NCBI GenBank assembly: GCA_948665475.1
Contig: CAPNHY010000008.1
Location: 5,928 to 69,927 of the forward strand
Direction of reading: 5' to 3'
DNA length: 64,000 nt
Origin: an uncultured Muribaculaceae bacterium
Lineage (GTDB): Bacteria; Bacteroidota; Bacteroidia; Bacteroidales; Muribaculaceae
The position numbers were made by a program, and so were the translations under genes. Below, piece by piece: positions 21,372 to 30,425 of this stretch. Below the pieces are notes generated by a model, which did no database searches, had not been told where the DNA came from, and saw only the letters and a program-made list of their open reading frames with translations. Position 1 is the first letter of the stretch, and each line of letters begins with the position of its first letter.

Positions 21372-24011
21372 TTAGAATTCCTGTCCGAGAATGAAGTGGA
21401 AGTGGCTGCCGCCTTTCTCTCCGTTGACGCGGTCGAAGCCGTAGGCCCAGTCGATACCCATCATGCCGACCATGGGCAGATAGATGCGGGCGCCGATGCC
21501 GGCAGAGCGCTTCATGTCGAAGGGATTGAACTTCTTGACCGATGTCCACGCGTTACCGCCTTCCACGAAGGCCAGGGCGTAGATGGTGGTGGAGGTCTGA
21601 AGCATCAGCGGGAAGTGCAGCTCCAGGCCCAGGCGGCTGTAGGCGTAGCCCTCGCGGCTCCAGGGGGTCAGCTGGCCGTTGTCGTAGCCTCGCAGGGCGA
21701 TGGTCTCGGTGGCGTAGGTGTAGGAGCCGCTCATGCCGTCGCCGCCCACGTAGAATGTCTCGAAAGGCGATTTCAGATACTTGTTGTAGCTGCCGAGCAG
21801 ACCGAAGTCGGCGCGGGTCATGAGCACGGGTGTGTAGGTGCCGTTGGCGTTGCACAGCGGCGTGTAGGTGCGGCTCTTGAAGCGCAGCTTCCAGTATTCT
21901 ATCCAGTGGTAGAGCTCTTTCTTGGCTTCGGGGGTCTGTTCCTCGGCGAGCTTCTTCCAGTTCTTCTTGCCGAAGAGCGATGCCGGAGGAGTGAGCTGGA
22001 GATTGAGCGAGAAGCTGGAACCGCTGCGGGTGTACAGAGGGTTGTCGATGGAATTGCGTGCCAGCGTCAGACCCAGGACAATGGCGTTGGAGGTGCCGTT
22101 GTTCATGTAGTAGAGGTAGTCCCAGTTCTTGAGGTAGTACCAGTTGTAGCCGAGCTCGGCGGTGAAGGTGAAGTAGTCGTCGGGCCACTTGAGGCGTTTG
22201 CCGAAGCCTACGTTGAAGCTTGCCATCTGCAGCACCTTGTTGGGGTCGTAGCTGTTCTGATAGCTGTTCTGGTAGTAGTCGTTATAGTAGTTGTTGCCGT
22301 AGCCGTAACCTCCGTAGCCGTAGCCTCCGTAGTAGCCGTAGTTGTAGGCCGAGTTGCCCCAGGTGCTGTTGTAGTAGGAGGAGTTGACGCCGGTCTGGCG
22401 GCTGTAGAATGCCGAGATGCTGAGAGAGTTGGGTCGCTTGCCGCCGAACCAGGGGTCGAGGAAGCTTACGCTGTAGGCCTGGTAGTATCGGGCGTTGGTC
22501 TGGGCGCTGATGGTGAACGTCTGTCCTTCGCCCTGAGGGATGATGCCTCGGTAGGTGCTGGGATAGAACAGGTTCTTGATGCTGAAGTTGGTGAACTTGA
22601 GCGAGAGCTTGCCTATGATGCCGGTCTGTCCCCAGCCGAGCGAGAATTCAATCTGGTCGTTGGCCTTGCTCTCGAGGTTGAATAGGATGTCGACGGTACC
22701 GTTCTCCTGGTTCGGCTCGGGACGTATGTCCATGTTCTCGGGGTTGAAGTGGCCCGTCTGGGCTATTTCGCGCGCCGAACGCATGAGGTCGGCCTTGCTG
22801 AAGAGGTCGCCGGGCTTCACGCGCAGCTCGCGGCGTATCACCTTCTCGTAAAGGCGGTCGTTACCGTTGATGATTACGTTGTTGATGCGGGCCTGCGGAC
22901 CTTCGGTGATGCGCATCTCCAGCGAGATGCTGTCGCCGCTTACCTCGCGTTCCACGGGCACGAGGTCGAAGAAGAGGTAGCCGTTGTCCATGTAGAGGTT
23001 GCTCACGGCGTCGTCGTCCTGCGTCAGGCGCTTGTTCATGTGCTTCTGGTTGTAGACGTCGCCGGGCTTCATGTCCAGATAGGTGCCGAGCACGTCGGAG
23101 GGATACACGGTGTTGCCCACCCAGTTGATGTCCTTGACGTAGTATTTGTTGCCCTCGTCGAGCTTGATGTAGACGTCGATGCTCTTGTCGTCGTAGGGCA
23201 CGATGCTGTCGGCCACGATGCGGGCGTCGCGGTAGCCCAGCTCGTTGTATTTCTCAAGAATGCGGTTGAGGTCGTCCTGATAGTCGCTCTCCACGAATTT
23301 CTTCTGGCTGAAGAGCTTGAGGATGCTGCCTTTTTCGTTGGTTTTCTTGATGGTGCGCTTGAGCTTGGAGTCGGAGAGCACTTCGTTGCCGTCGAGGTAG
23401 ATTTTGTGTACCTTCACCTTGTCGTGTCGGTCGACGGCGATGTCTACTATCATCTCGTTGGGCGCGGAGAGGTCCTCGTGGAGCGTGATCTTGACGTCGG
23501 CGTTGCCGTAGCCTTTCTGCTTGTAGTGGGCGCGGACGATGGCCTCGGCGCGGTTGACGATGTTCTGCGTTATCTGGTTGCCTTTCATCAGCTGGAGCTT
23601 CTCGGCGATGTCGTCGCGGTCGCCCTTCTTCATGCCGATGTAGTTGACTTTCGATATGCGCGGCTGGGTGCGCAGCGCCAGTTCTATCCATGCTTTGTCG
23701 CCGGCGGTCTTGAGCACCTTCACCTGAGCCTGAGAGAAGAGTCCGTGGCGCATGAGGCGCTTGACGGCGGCTGTGAGGTCGTCGCCCGGGATTGCCATGC
23801 GGTCGCCTACCTTGATGCCGGCGTATCCGAGGACGGTGAAGTCGTCGTAGTTGGGCGCTCCCGTGACTTGGATATCGGCGATTTCGTAGACTTTCGGGAG
23901 AGCTCCGTATACAATCTGGGGGTTGTATATGGTGTCGGCGGCCTCCTGCGCCGCGGCTGTCACGGGCGCGGCGGCAAGAAGCATAGCAAGAATGGTCGAT
24001 TTATATCGCAT
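21372..24011 (-). CDS. bamA: Outer membrane protein assembly factor BamA
   Basis: POTRA repeats, LRGY motif, C-terminal FHFILGQEF. Confidence 0.95.
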   Translation of the reverse strand: MRYKSTILAMLLAAAPVTAAAQEAADTIYNPQIVYGALPKVYEIADIQVTGAPNYDDFTVLGYAGIKVGDRMAIPGDDLTAAVKRLMRHGLFSQAQVKVLKTAGDKAWIELALRTQPRISKVNYIGMKKGDRDDIAEKLQLMKGNQITQNIVNRAEAIVRAHYKQKGYGNADVKITLHEDLSAPNEMIVDIAVDRHDKVKVHKIYLDGNEVLSDSKLKRTIKKTNEKGSILKLFSQKKFVESDYQDDLNRILEKYNELGYRDARIVADSIVPYDDKSIDVYIKLDEGNKYYVKDINWVGNTVYPSDVLGTYLDMKPGDVYNQKHMNKRLTQDDDAVSNLYMDNGYLFFDLVPVEREVSGDSISLEMRITEGPQARINNVIINGNDRLYEKVIRRELRVKPGDLFSKADLMRSAREIAQTGHFNPENMDIRPEPNQENGTVDILFNLESKANDQIEFSLGWGQTGIIGKLSLKFTNFSIKNLFYPSTYRGIIPQGEGQTFTISAQTNARYYQAYSVSFLDPWFGGKRPNSLSISAFYSRQTGVNSSYYNSTWGNSAYNYGYYGGYGYGGYGYGNNYYNDYYQNSYQNSYDPNKVLQMASFNVGFGKRLKWPDDYFTFTAELGYNWYYLKNWDYLYYMNNGTSNAIVLGLTLARNSIDNPLYTRSGSSFSLNLQLTPPASLFGKKNWKKLAEEQTPEAKKELYHWIEYWKLRFKSRTYTPLCNANGTYTPVLMTRADFGLLGSYNKYLKSPFETFYVGGDGMSGSYTYATETIALRGYDNGQLTPWSREGYAYSRLGLELHFPLMLQTSTTIYALAFVEGGNAWTSVKKFNPFDMKRSAGIGARIYLPMVGMMGIDWAYGFDRVNGEKGGSHFHFILGQEF

Positions 24012-24045
24012 ATTTTGTGATGAGTGTTGGCAATGGATTGGGGTG

Positions 24046-24804
24046 CTAATTTTTTATAACCTGGTCGCCCGTGAGTCCGAAGCGCCGCTGGCGGTGCTGA
24101 TAGTCGGAGATGGCTCTGCGCAGGTCGTAGGCGTTGAAGTCGGGCCAGAAGATGTCGGTGACGTAAATCTCGGCGTATGCTATCTGCCATAGCAGGAAAT
24201 TGCTTACGCGCATGTCGCCGCCGGTGCGTATGAGCAGGTCCGGGTCGGGCATGAAGGCTGTTGCCATGTTGGCCGACAGCGTGCTGTCCGTGATTTCGTC
24301 GGGATTGATTCTGCCGGCGGCGGCCTCCGCGGCTATGCGGCGGGCGGCGTCGGTTATCTCCCAGCGCGAGGAGTAGCTGATGGCGAGCACCAGCGTCAGT
24401 CCCTGGCCCATGGATGTGTCGGCCTCGCAGCGCTGGAGGCGCCGCAGGGTGTCTTCGGGCATGCGCGAGGCGTCGCCTATTACGCGCAGGCGCACATTGT
24501 TCTTTATCAGGTCGGGCGTCTCGCGCTCGATTGCGGTGGCGATAAGGTGCATCAGGGCGTTCACCTCTTCCTGCGGGCGGTTCCAGTTCTCGGTGCTGAA
24601 GGCGTAGAGCGTCAGAAATTCTATGCCCAGGCGCGAGGCCTCCTCCGTGATGCGGCGTACGGTCTTCACCCCCTCGACGTGTCCTGCCGAGCGTTCGAGA
24701 CCCTGGGAACGGGCCCAGCGTCCGTTGCCGTCCATGATGATGGCGATGTGGCGCGGCAGGCGCGACATGTCAAGCTGTATGTTGGGTGAGTCGATGTATT
24801 CCAT
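24046..24804 (-). CDS. uppS: Undecaprenyl diphosphate synthase
   Basis: HIAIIMDGNGRWA, YAFSTENWNRP, DLLIRTGG..RVSNFLLWQ. Confidence 0.97.
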   Translation of the reverse strand: MEYIDSPNIQLDMSRLPRHIAIIMDGNGRWARSQGLERSAGHVEGVKTVRRITEEASRLGIEFLTLYAFSTENWNRPQEEVNALMHLIATAIERETPDLIKNNVRLRVIGDASRMPEDTLRRLQRCEADTSMGQGLTLVLAISYSSRWEITDAARRIAAEAAAGRINPDEITDSTLSANMATAFMPDPDLLIRTGGDMRVSNFLLWQIAYAEIYVTDIFWPDFNAYDLRRAISDYQHRQRRFGLTGDQVIKN

Positions 24805-24805
24805 G

Positions 24806-25495
24806 TCAGTCAACGTAATGGCAGGTGGCGCATCGTTCGCCGAACTCGTAGCTGATGCCTACGGTCAGGCGCGAGTACCAGTCGGTGCTCTTGTAAAATT
24901 CGGTTTTTATCTGGTTGAGGTCGTGCAGGCGGTCGCCGTCCAGCTTGTCGCCGAAGGCCTTCGTCATGGTGAACTCCGCGAAGAGGTTCCACCGCTTGCG
25001 CAGCTTGTACTTGACTCCTATGCCCATCGGCAGCGTCGGCGCTACGGCCGTGCTGCCGCCCGACGACGCCATGCTCACGCCCAGGCCCAGCGTCAGGTAG
25101 GGCGTGAAGCGGCGCAGGCGCTTGTAGGTCTCGCCTATGCCGTAGGGCAGGAAGTTGAACTCGTAGCGCAGGTCCAGGGCGTAGACCGTGGAGGTGAATT
25201 CCAGCTGCTCGCCGTCGGGCAGCACGTTGGCCATGTCGGCTGTGTTGCCGCTGAGGCCCTGCATGGAGAGCATGCCGCGGAAAGCCATGCGCACGTTGGG
25301 AATATAGCGCATCTGCACATCCGCCGTAAAGCCCGGATGGCTGAACACCGACGACGATGCGTCGCCCAGATAGCCGTCCATGCCCAGCGAGCCGCCGAAG
25401 TCAAATCGGTAGGGCGCTTCCTGGGCGGATGCTGCGCAGGCCGTGCCGAGTGCGGCGACGGCTATGAGCAATATGCGGCGTAAGGCGTTAAGCAT
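24806..25495 (-). CDS. porG: PorG-like (DUF6089) outer membrane beta-barrel protein
   Basis: Signal peptide, YLGD motif, small barrel with C-terminal CxxC; upstream of uppS-bamA-skp as in other Bacteroidales. Confidence 0.7.
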   Translation of the reverse strand: MLNALRRILLIAVAALGTACAASAQEAPYRFDFGGSLGMDGYLGDASSSVFSHPGFTADVQMRYIPNVRMAFRGMLSMQGLSGNTADMANVLPDGEQLEFTSTVYALDLRYEFNFLPYGIGETYKRLRRFTPYLTLGLGVSMASSGGSTAVAPTLPMGIGVKYKLRKRWNLFAEFTMTKAFGDKLDGDRLHDLNQIKTEFYKSTDWYSRLTVGISYEFGERCATCHYVD

Positions 25496-25556
25496 TTTCC
25501 GGGCGATGTGGTGATTAATCCGGTGCGGTATATCCGTTCACGTTGGTTTCAACGTG

Positions 25557-25564
25557 CAAAATTA
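25557..25564 (-). promoter_or_regulatory. Bacteroidetes sigma-A -7 element for porG operon
   Basis: TAATTTTG on minus strand matches TAnnTTTG ~60 bp upstream of porG. Confidence 0.55.
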
Positions 25565-25648
25565 ATTTTTTCGGTGCAAGATGGCAAACAAAACCTCATA
25601 ATTATGACAATTCGAGGCCTATTTTATATGTTTTTAACTGCAAGAATA

Positions 25649-26104
25649 TTAGTACTCACTATCCGGCACCCGGGCCAGAAGCATGACAGGACCGTCGCCG
25701 CGGTAGTACAGGGCGGGTGTGTCGCCGGCCGGAATATTCTCCGTCACCAGACAGTTGTTGCACGACATTCCGAGCCTGCTCAGGCGTTCGATATCGGCGT
25801 CGGTGAACGGGCGGGAAGACAGGAAATAGTTGCAGTAGCGGCGTGTCTCGCTTGCGTAGTCGTAGGAGTCAAAGCAGGGATATGGCTCATACAGCAGGGC
25901 TACATGCACGTCGGGAATGGGCCGGTCGGGAGTGCGGCGGGCAATGTCGCGGTAGCCGAGCGCGCCCGTGCGGATGCGGGCGCTGACTTCCACTGCAAGC
26001 TCCACCTCGGCCAGCCCGCTGAATGTGTGGCCGAGAAGCCCGATTTCGGCAGTGACCGGAATCTCTTGTATAGCTATGTTCATGACGATAATGTTGTTTT
26101 GCAT
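25649..26104 (-). CDS. Hypothetical protein
   Basis: 151-aa ORF with host-like codon usage; no recognised motif. Confidence 0.6.
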   Translation of the reverse strand: MQNNIIVMNIAIQEIPVTAEIGLLGHTFSGLAEVELAVEVSARIRTGALGYRDIARRTPDRPIPDVHVALLYEPYPCFDSYDYASETRRYCNYFLSSRPFTDADIERLSRLGMSCNNCLVTENIPAGDTPALYYRGDGPVMLLARVPDSEY

Positions 26105-26176
26105 GGTAAAATTAAACTTTATTATCTTACCCGCCAAATTTTGTAACTGTTGCGTTCAAGAACCCTCCGTGCATCT

Positions 26177-26270
26177 CCTCTTACCTATCCCCTATAAACT
26201 ATCAACTCTAAAATAGGAAGCCCGCCATATGGAACCCTCGAATTGTAGGGACGCACGGCTCGTGCGTCCG
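26177..26270 (+). repeat. Left copy of imperfect direct repeat including a GTAG-type REP
   Basis: CCTCTTACCTATCCCCTATaAACTATCAACT...AGGAAGCCCGCC...CCTCGAATTGTAGGGACGCACGGCTCGTGCGTCCG recurs at 41032-41154. Confidence 0.9.
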
Positions 26271-26521
26271 CCGATAAGCATCAGGTAATCAATTATATAC
26301 ATCAAGAATGTCGCCCTCAAGTCCTCGAGGAGGACGCGTCTGTGGTTAACCCCGGGATAAGCGGCGCAGCCGCGTTCCCGGGGCATACGGCCACCCAAAA
26401 TCGGCAAGCTCGGGGAGCTTGCGTCCGTGCGTCCGCCTCGGCGGGCGTTTGTCATAAAAAAAGCAGACCATAAGGACTGTTGCCCGTTATGGCCTGCCGG
26501 TGCTGCGTATGGATGGAATTG

Positions 26522-26773
26522 TCAGATGCTGAATTCTGTTCCAAAATCGGGAACGCGGGTGATTAGCTCTCCTCCTTTTCCAAATAGGCGTGCATTTGTT
26601 ACTTTAGCCCCATCCTTATGGAGATTGTTAGTTCGGATATAGTCCTCGATGATTTCGGCCATCATCTCTTTGTCTTTGAAATCTCCTTTGGAGAAATCAC
26701 AGTGCGACAGGTTGTGGATGCTGTGCGATTCGCCACCATATTCAAACTGGATCAGATAGTTGTTTTCGTCCAT
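26522..26773 (-). CDS. Small hypothetical protein downstream of the LRR C-terminal fragment
   Basis: 83-aa ORF starting 6 bp after the previous stop codon. Confidence 0.6.
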   Translation of the reverse strand: MDENNYLIQFEYGGESHSIHNLSHCDFSKGDFKDKEMMAEIIEDYIRTNNLHKDGAKVTNARLFGKGGELITRVPDFGTEFSI

Positions 26774-26779
26774 GATAGC

Positions 26780-27184
26780 TTAAATTGAGATTTTTATTGA
26801 CCTGCTTCCGGCTTTCACAATGTATAAGCCCGGTGTCAGTTTGTCTATGGTGTGCGATGTACCATTGTAGAATATCCGACCCTCCATGTCATAGACCGTA
26901 ACGCTTTCGTGACTACCGATTCCGTCAATTGTCAGTATACCATTATTTACAGAAATGTGAGGCGTTCCAAATTCATCGGCCACAATTCCGTCAATGCCAC
27001 TGAAATCCATCTCCTCGATATTCCAGAAATTTCTCCACGGGTCAACTTTCTCATATTCCGCTTTCGTGCCCACCGGGACATATAATATGGCTTCTTTGAG
27101 TTGTTTTTCACTGAAATCCGGATCGCATTCTATGGGAACTTCGCATTGCATATAGATGGTTTTTAAATTAGCGCAGCCGGCGAA
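26780..27184 (-). pseudogene. C-terminal fragment of BspA-type LRR surface protein with T9SS-type C-terminal domain
   Basis: In-frame FAGCANLKTIYMQCEVP..LYVPVGTKAEYEKVDPWRNFWNIEE..VYDMEGR..LTPGLYIVK; no signal peptide. Confidence 0.8.
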
Positions 27185-27684
27185 TTTGTTAATAGTTGGT
27201 GTTCAGTAGTTTGCGCGCAATACGGTAGAAAAGTAGCGTTATTGGTTCTATAGGGACTCTAAAGTCGGAGATTTAACATATTTAACTTTTATTTACACAC
27301 AAGCACCTATTTCGATGGAAGATTTGGCCTTCAAAAAAAAAGAAAAAAGGGACGCATTATAAAAGGAGCTGTACGGCGGCTTTGGGGTTTATCGGCAAAT
27401 ACTATTTTTCTTTTTTTGAAGGCTTACCTCTGTATGTGCTAAATTGAGCAGGCCGGTATTCTTGCGTAGATAGTTTTATTTTACTCCAAGCGTATATATA
27501 GTACGCTTAAAGTAAAATGTTCTGATGCTTCATTGCAAGGTTCATCAATGAGTGAACGATTTGTTCCCCCTTTCGCCCTATTGGCATTTGGCTTGTTTTT
27601 CATGGCAATAAATTCGTGGTTTGCTATATCAATTGCAGCAATGTTCATTATACACCCTTTCCTCTTTATCTATGTCGGCGTTCT

Positions 27685-28740
27685 TTAATCCTCACCACGT
27701 TCTTTCAAACGGTAATGTTCTTTTGCTATGGCAATGGCACGTTGCAATTTCTCGGAAAGCAGCTTTTTATCCGGTAGTTTCGTGTAATATTGAGCTACCT
27801 TGATGGGAGACTCTTCATCAAGCATAAGATACTCAATATGTTCTGTATTACCCTCGGAACAAAGTATCAGACCGATTGGCGAAGCCTCGCCCTCTTTCCT
27901 GTCATGACGGTTGAGATAGCGGAGATACAGCAGCATCTGCCCCTCGTATGTCGGCTTGAATTTTCCGAGTTTAAGGTCGATTGCCACCAGTCGGCGCAAT
28001 CCCCTGTGGTAAAACAGCAGGTCAAGCCGATAATCCACTCCGTCAACAGGGATGCGCTTCTGGCGGTCGACAAATGCGAAATCAGAGCCGAACTCCTTAA
28101 GGAAATATTGAATTTGATTGAGTATCGCTGTTTCCAAATCGCTTTCGCTGAAAACATCAGGCAATCCGAGCATGTCAAGAAAATAACTGCTGCGGAATAC
28201 CATATCCGGCTGTAATTCGTTTTTCTCCTTTACCTTGTCAAGTTCTGCCTTGATTATCTCGTCCGGCTTACGGCTGATGGCCGTGCGCTCAAACAGTTGC
28301 GCATCTATTTTCTCATCGAGGGTACGTGTAGACCAATGTTCAAGGCGACACATTTCCATATAAAACTGACGGGCCACACTGTTGTTCAGTGCCATTAGTG
28401 ACCGCAGGTGCGTCCAACTCAATTGTGTACGCACTGCGTACATTATCTCGTCCTCACCAAAAGTGTACGCAGCGCGTACACAATGTTGGAGTTTCTGATA
28501 ACCCCACCCACCGCCATACTTGGCTTTCAGTCTTTGGGACAAACGCTTAAGAACCTGCTCTCCGTAATCTGCCCGTTTGTTGAGTAGCACATCTTCCTTA
28601 ATCCTTTTGCCGACATTCCAGTTCATCATGGAAGCTTCGGAATTCACATACACAGCAACCCGATAACGGGCTTGCTCTATAATATTACAGACATCATCAT
28701 AAAGCTGATTTTCGAGATTATGGTCTATTTCTTGTGCCAT
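27685..28740 (-). CDS. YhcG/DUF1016 PD-(D/E)XK nuclease-domain protein
   Basis: LSWTHLR, FAFVDRQKRI, DLLFYHRGLRRLVAIDLK, PIGLILC. Confidence 0.9.
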   Translation of the reverse strand: MAQEIDHNLENQLYDDVCNIIEQARYRVAVYVNSEASMMNWNVGKRIKEDVLLNKRADYGEQVLKRLSQRLKAKYGGGWGYQKLQHCVRAAYTFGEDEIMYAVRTQLSWTHLRSLMALNNSVARQFYMEMCRLEHWSTRTLDEKIDAQLFERTAISRKPDEIIKAELDKVKEKNELQPDMVFRSSYFLDMLGLPDVFSESDLETAILNQIQYFLKEFGSDFAFVDRQKRIPVDGVDYRLDLLFYHRGLRRLVAIDLKLGKFKPTYEGQMLLYLRYLNRHDRKEGEASPIGLILCSEGNTEHIEYLMLDEESPIKVAQYYTKLPDKKLLSEKLQRAIAIAKEHYRLKERGED

Positions 28741-28818
28741 CGTAATTGTTTTATTGTTTTATTAACGCAAAATTACAAATTTATCGGAAGATATGGCACT
28801 ACTCTTGGAAAAAATAGC

Positions 28819-28826
28819 TAATTTTG
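28819..28826 (+). promoter_or_regulatory. -7 promoter element for the cargo operon
   Basis: TAATTTTG upstream of hairpin leader and aspartyl protease gene. Confidence 0.55.
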
Positions 28827-28866
28827 CCGTTGCAAGTCTTTGATCTGCACGACATTTTGGAAAAAT

Positions 28867-29038
28867 AAGAAGCGTTATGCTTATCTTGAGATTTGTGAAC
28901 GTAGGAAATTCAAGAATCAGTGCAAGAGATAGCATAGTGGTTCTCACGCTTATAGCGTGGGCTGCTATTGTTACATCTGCACTAATGGTTTCCTACGACC
29001 TACAAATCAAGACGTGGCATAGTTGGCTCACGTTTTCT
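28867..29038 (+). ncRNA. Putative long stem-loop 5' leader RNA
   Basis: Nested complementary blocks CTTGAGATTTGT/ACAAATCAAG, CGTAGGAAA/TTTCCTACG, AGTGCA/TGCACT, CACGCT-TAT-AGCGTG. Confidence 0.6.
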
Positions 29039-29086
29039 ATATTTAACTAATTCTCTCTGTTGGGCCTACGAGAGCCAATAAAGAAT

Positions 29087-30403
29087 ATGAAGAAGCTCAT
29101 TATTATTCTTATTTTCGGTTTTTCGATATTCTCGGCAAAAGCCCAAAGCATTGACGAGCGTATCGGCGCGGCGATGAATTCGTCGGACTTTTTCGGTCTG
29201 TATGACATATATCACAATGCGCCGAAAGATTCGATAAATCCCTTTTTGGAAGTATTCTCCAGATGTTTAATTGGCAACCGCTTCAATCGTCCTGACATTT
29301 CCATCCCGGCCTTTGATGAACTCCTGAAAAGCCAATCAGAAAATCTTGACCTAAACTTGCTTCTTCAAAGTTCCGTCATGTTCTCAATGGACTTAAGCCG
29401 TGTCGGTAAAAATGAAGAAGCATATAATCTGCTGTCCGCAGTCTTGTCATCGGCTTACCAAATGGTTGATTCGGTAAGTCTTTCTCCGTATGCTGATATG
29501 ATGGCGCGATACAAAGCTCTGACAAAGTATTCGCCTTACAGTATTTCCTTTGTCGGAGAGAGAGGTATTGTTCCGTTTGATACTGTTTGTGCTGGGAAAC
29601 CTGACAGCAAACAATATCTGATACAGATTACTGAAGCTACAATAAACGGTAAACCTGCGAGAATCACATTTGATACCGGCGCCGGCGTCAATGCTATAAC
29701 CGATTCCTTGGCAAATGCCTATGGTCTGGAATTGCTTGATGCCAATGCCACGGCAACAGGAGTAGCATCTTCGGCCGGACGGTATGCTGTTGCCAAAGAA
29801 TTGAAGTTAGGGAACATTACGGTCAAAGATGTGCCTTTTTATGTTATTGACATAAGCAGCCACCATGAAGAAGCTGACAAGTATATCAATGTCCTTGAAT
29901 TTGTTGTAGGCAGCGAGCTGATGCTTCAACTCAAAGATGTTGCATTAGACTTCGCGGCAAAAGAAATACAAGTTCCGCGAATTCCGGCTGAACCATCCGA
30001 CGTGCGGCCTAATATGTGCTTTTCATCAGGCATGAATCTTCTTACTGCCGCCGAAGTCAATCAACAACCCATGCTTATAAAACTTGATAGCGGAGATGCA
30101 TCATACGGATGGCTTAACAAAGCGTTTTTCGAGGCTAACAAGGATTATCTCATATCACACTGTCAAAGCGACACCATCAATCAGGCCGGTGTCGGGGGCG
30201 TGTGGTCGGTACTTTGCTATAAATTGCAGGACGCGACACTGGCTATTGGCGGCAATTCGGTTAAATTGCCGTTGATTCAAGTGCAGACCGAGCAACAAGC
30301 CGCCGGTTACTTAGATGACAACAACCTCGGAGTTAAGAGCATGATGCTGTTCCGCAAAGTCCGTTTTAATCTTGTTGATATGGTTTTCTCGGCCGAAATA
30401 TAA
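29087..30403 (+). CDS. Secreted retropepsin-like aspartyl protease (two protease domains)
   Basis: Signal peptide; FDTGAG and LDSGD motifs. Confidence 0.85.
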   Translation: MKKLIIILIFGFSIFSAKAQSIDERIGAAMNSSDFFGLYDIYHNAPKDSINPFLEVFSRCLIGNRFNRPDISIPAFDELLKSQSENLDLNLLLQSSVMFSMDLSRVGKNEEAYNLLSAVLSSAYQMVDSVSLSPYADMMARYKALTKYSPYSISFVGERGIVPFDTVCAGKPDSKQYLIQITEATINGKPARITFDTGAGVNAITDSLANAYGLELLDANATATGVASSAGRYAVAKELKLGNITVKDVPFYVIDISSHHEEADKYINVLEFVVGSELMLQLKDVALDFAAKEIQVPRIPAEPSDVRPNMCFSSGMNLLTAAEVNQQPMLIKLDSGDASYGWLNKAFFEANKDYLISHCQSDTINQAGVGGVWSVLCYKLQDATLAIGGNSVKLPLIQVQTEQQAAGYLDDNNLGVKSMMLFRKVRFNLVDMVFSAEI

Positions 30404-30425
30404 CTCTCTCATCTTCGCATATTGC

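Noticed and set aside
27327..27423. Inverted repeat as an invertible promoter
   Set aside because: Arms are mostly homopolymer and unequal, the interior is under 60 bp and has no clear TAnnTTTG element
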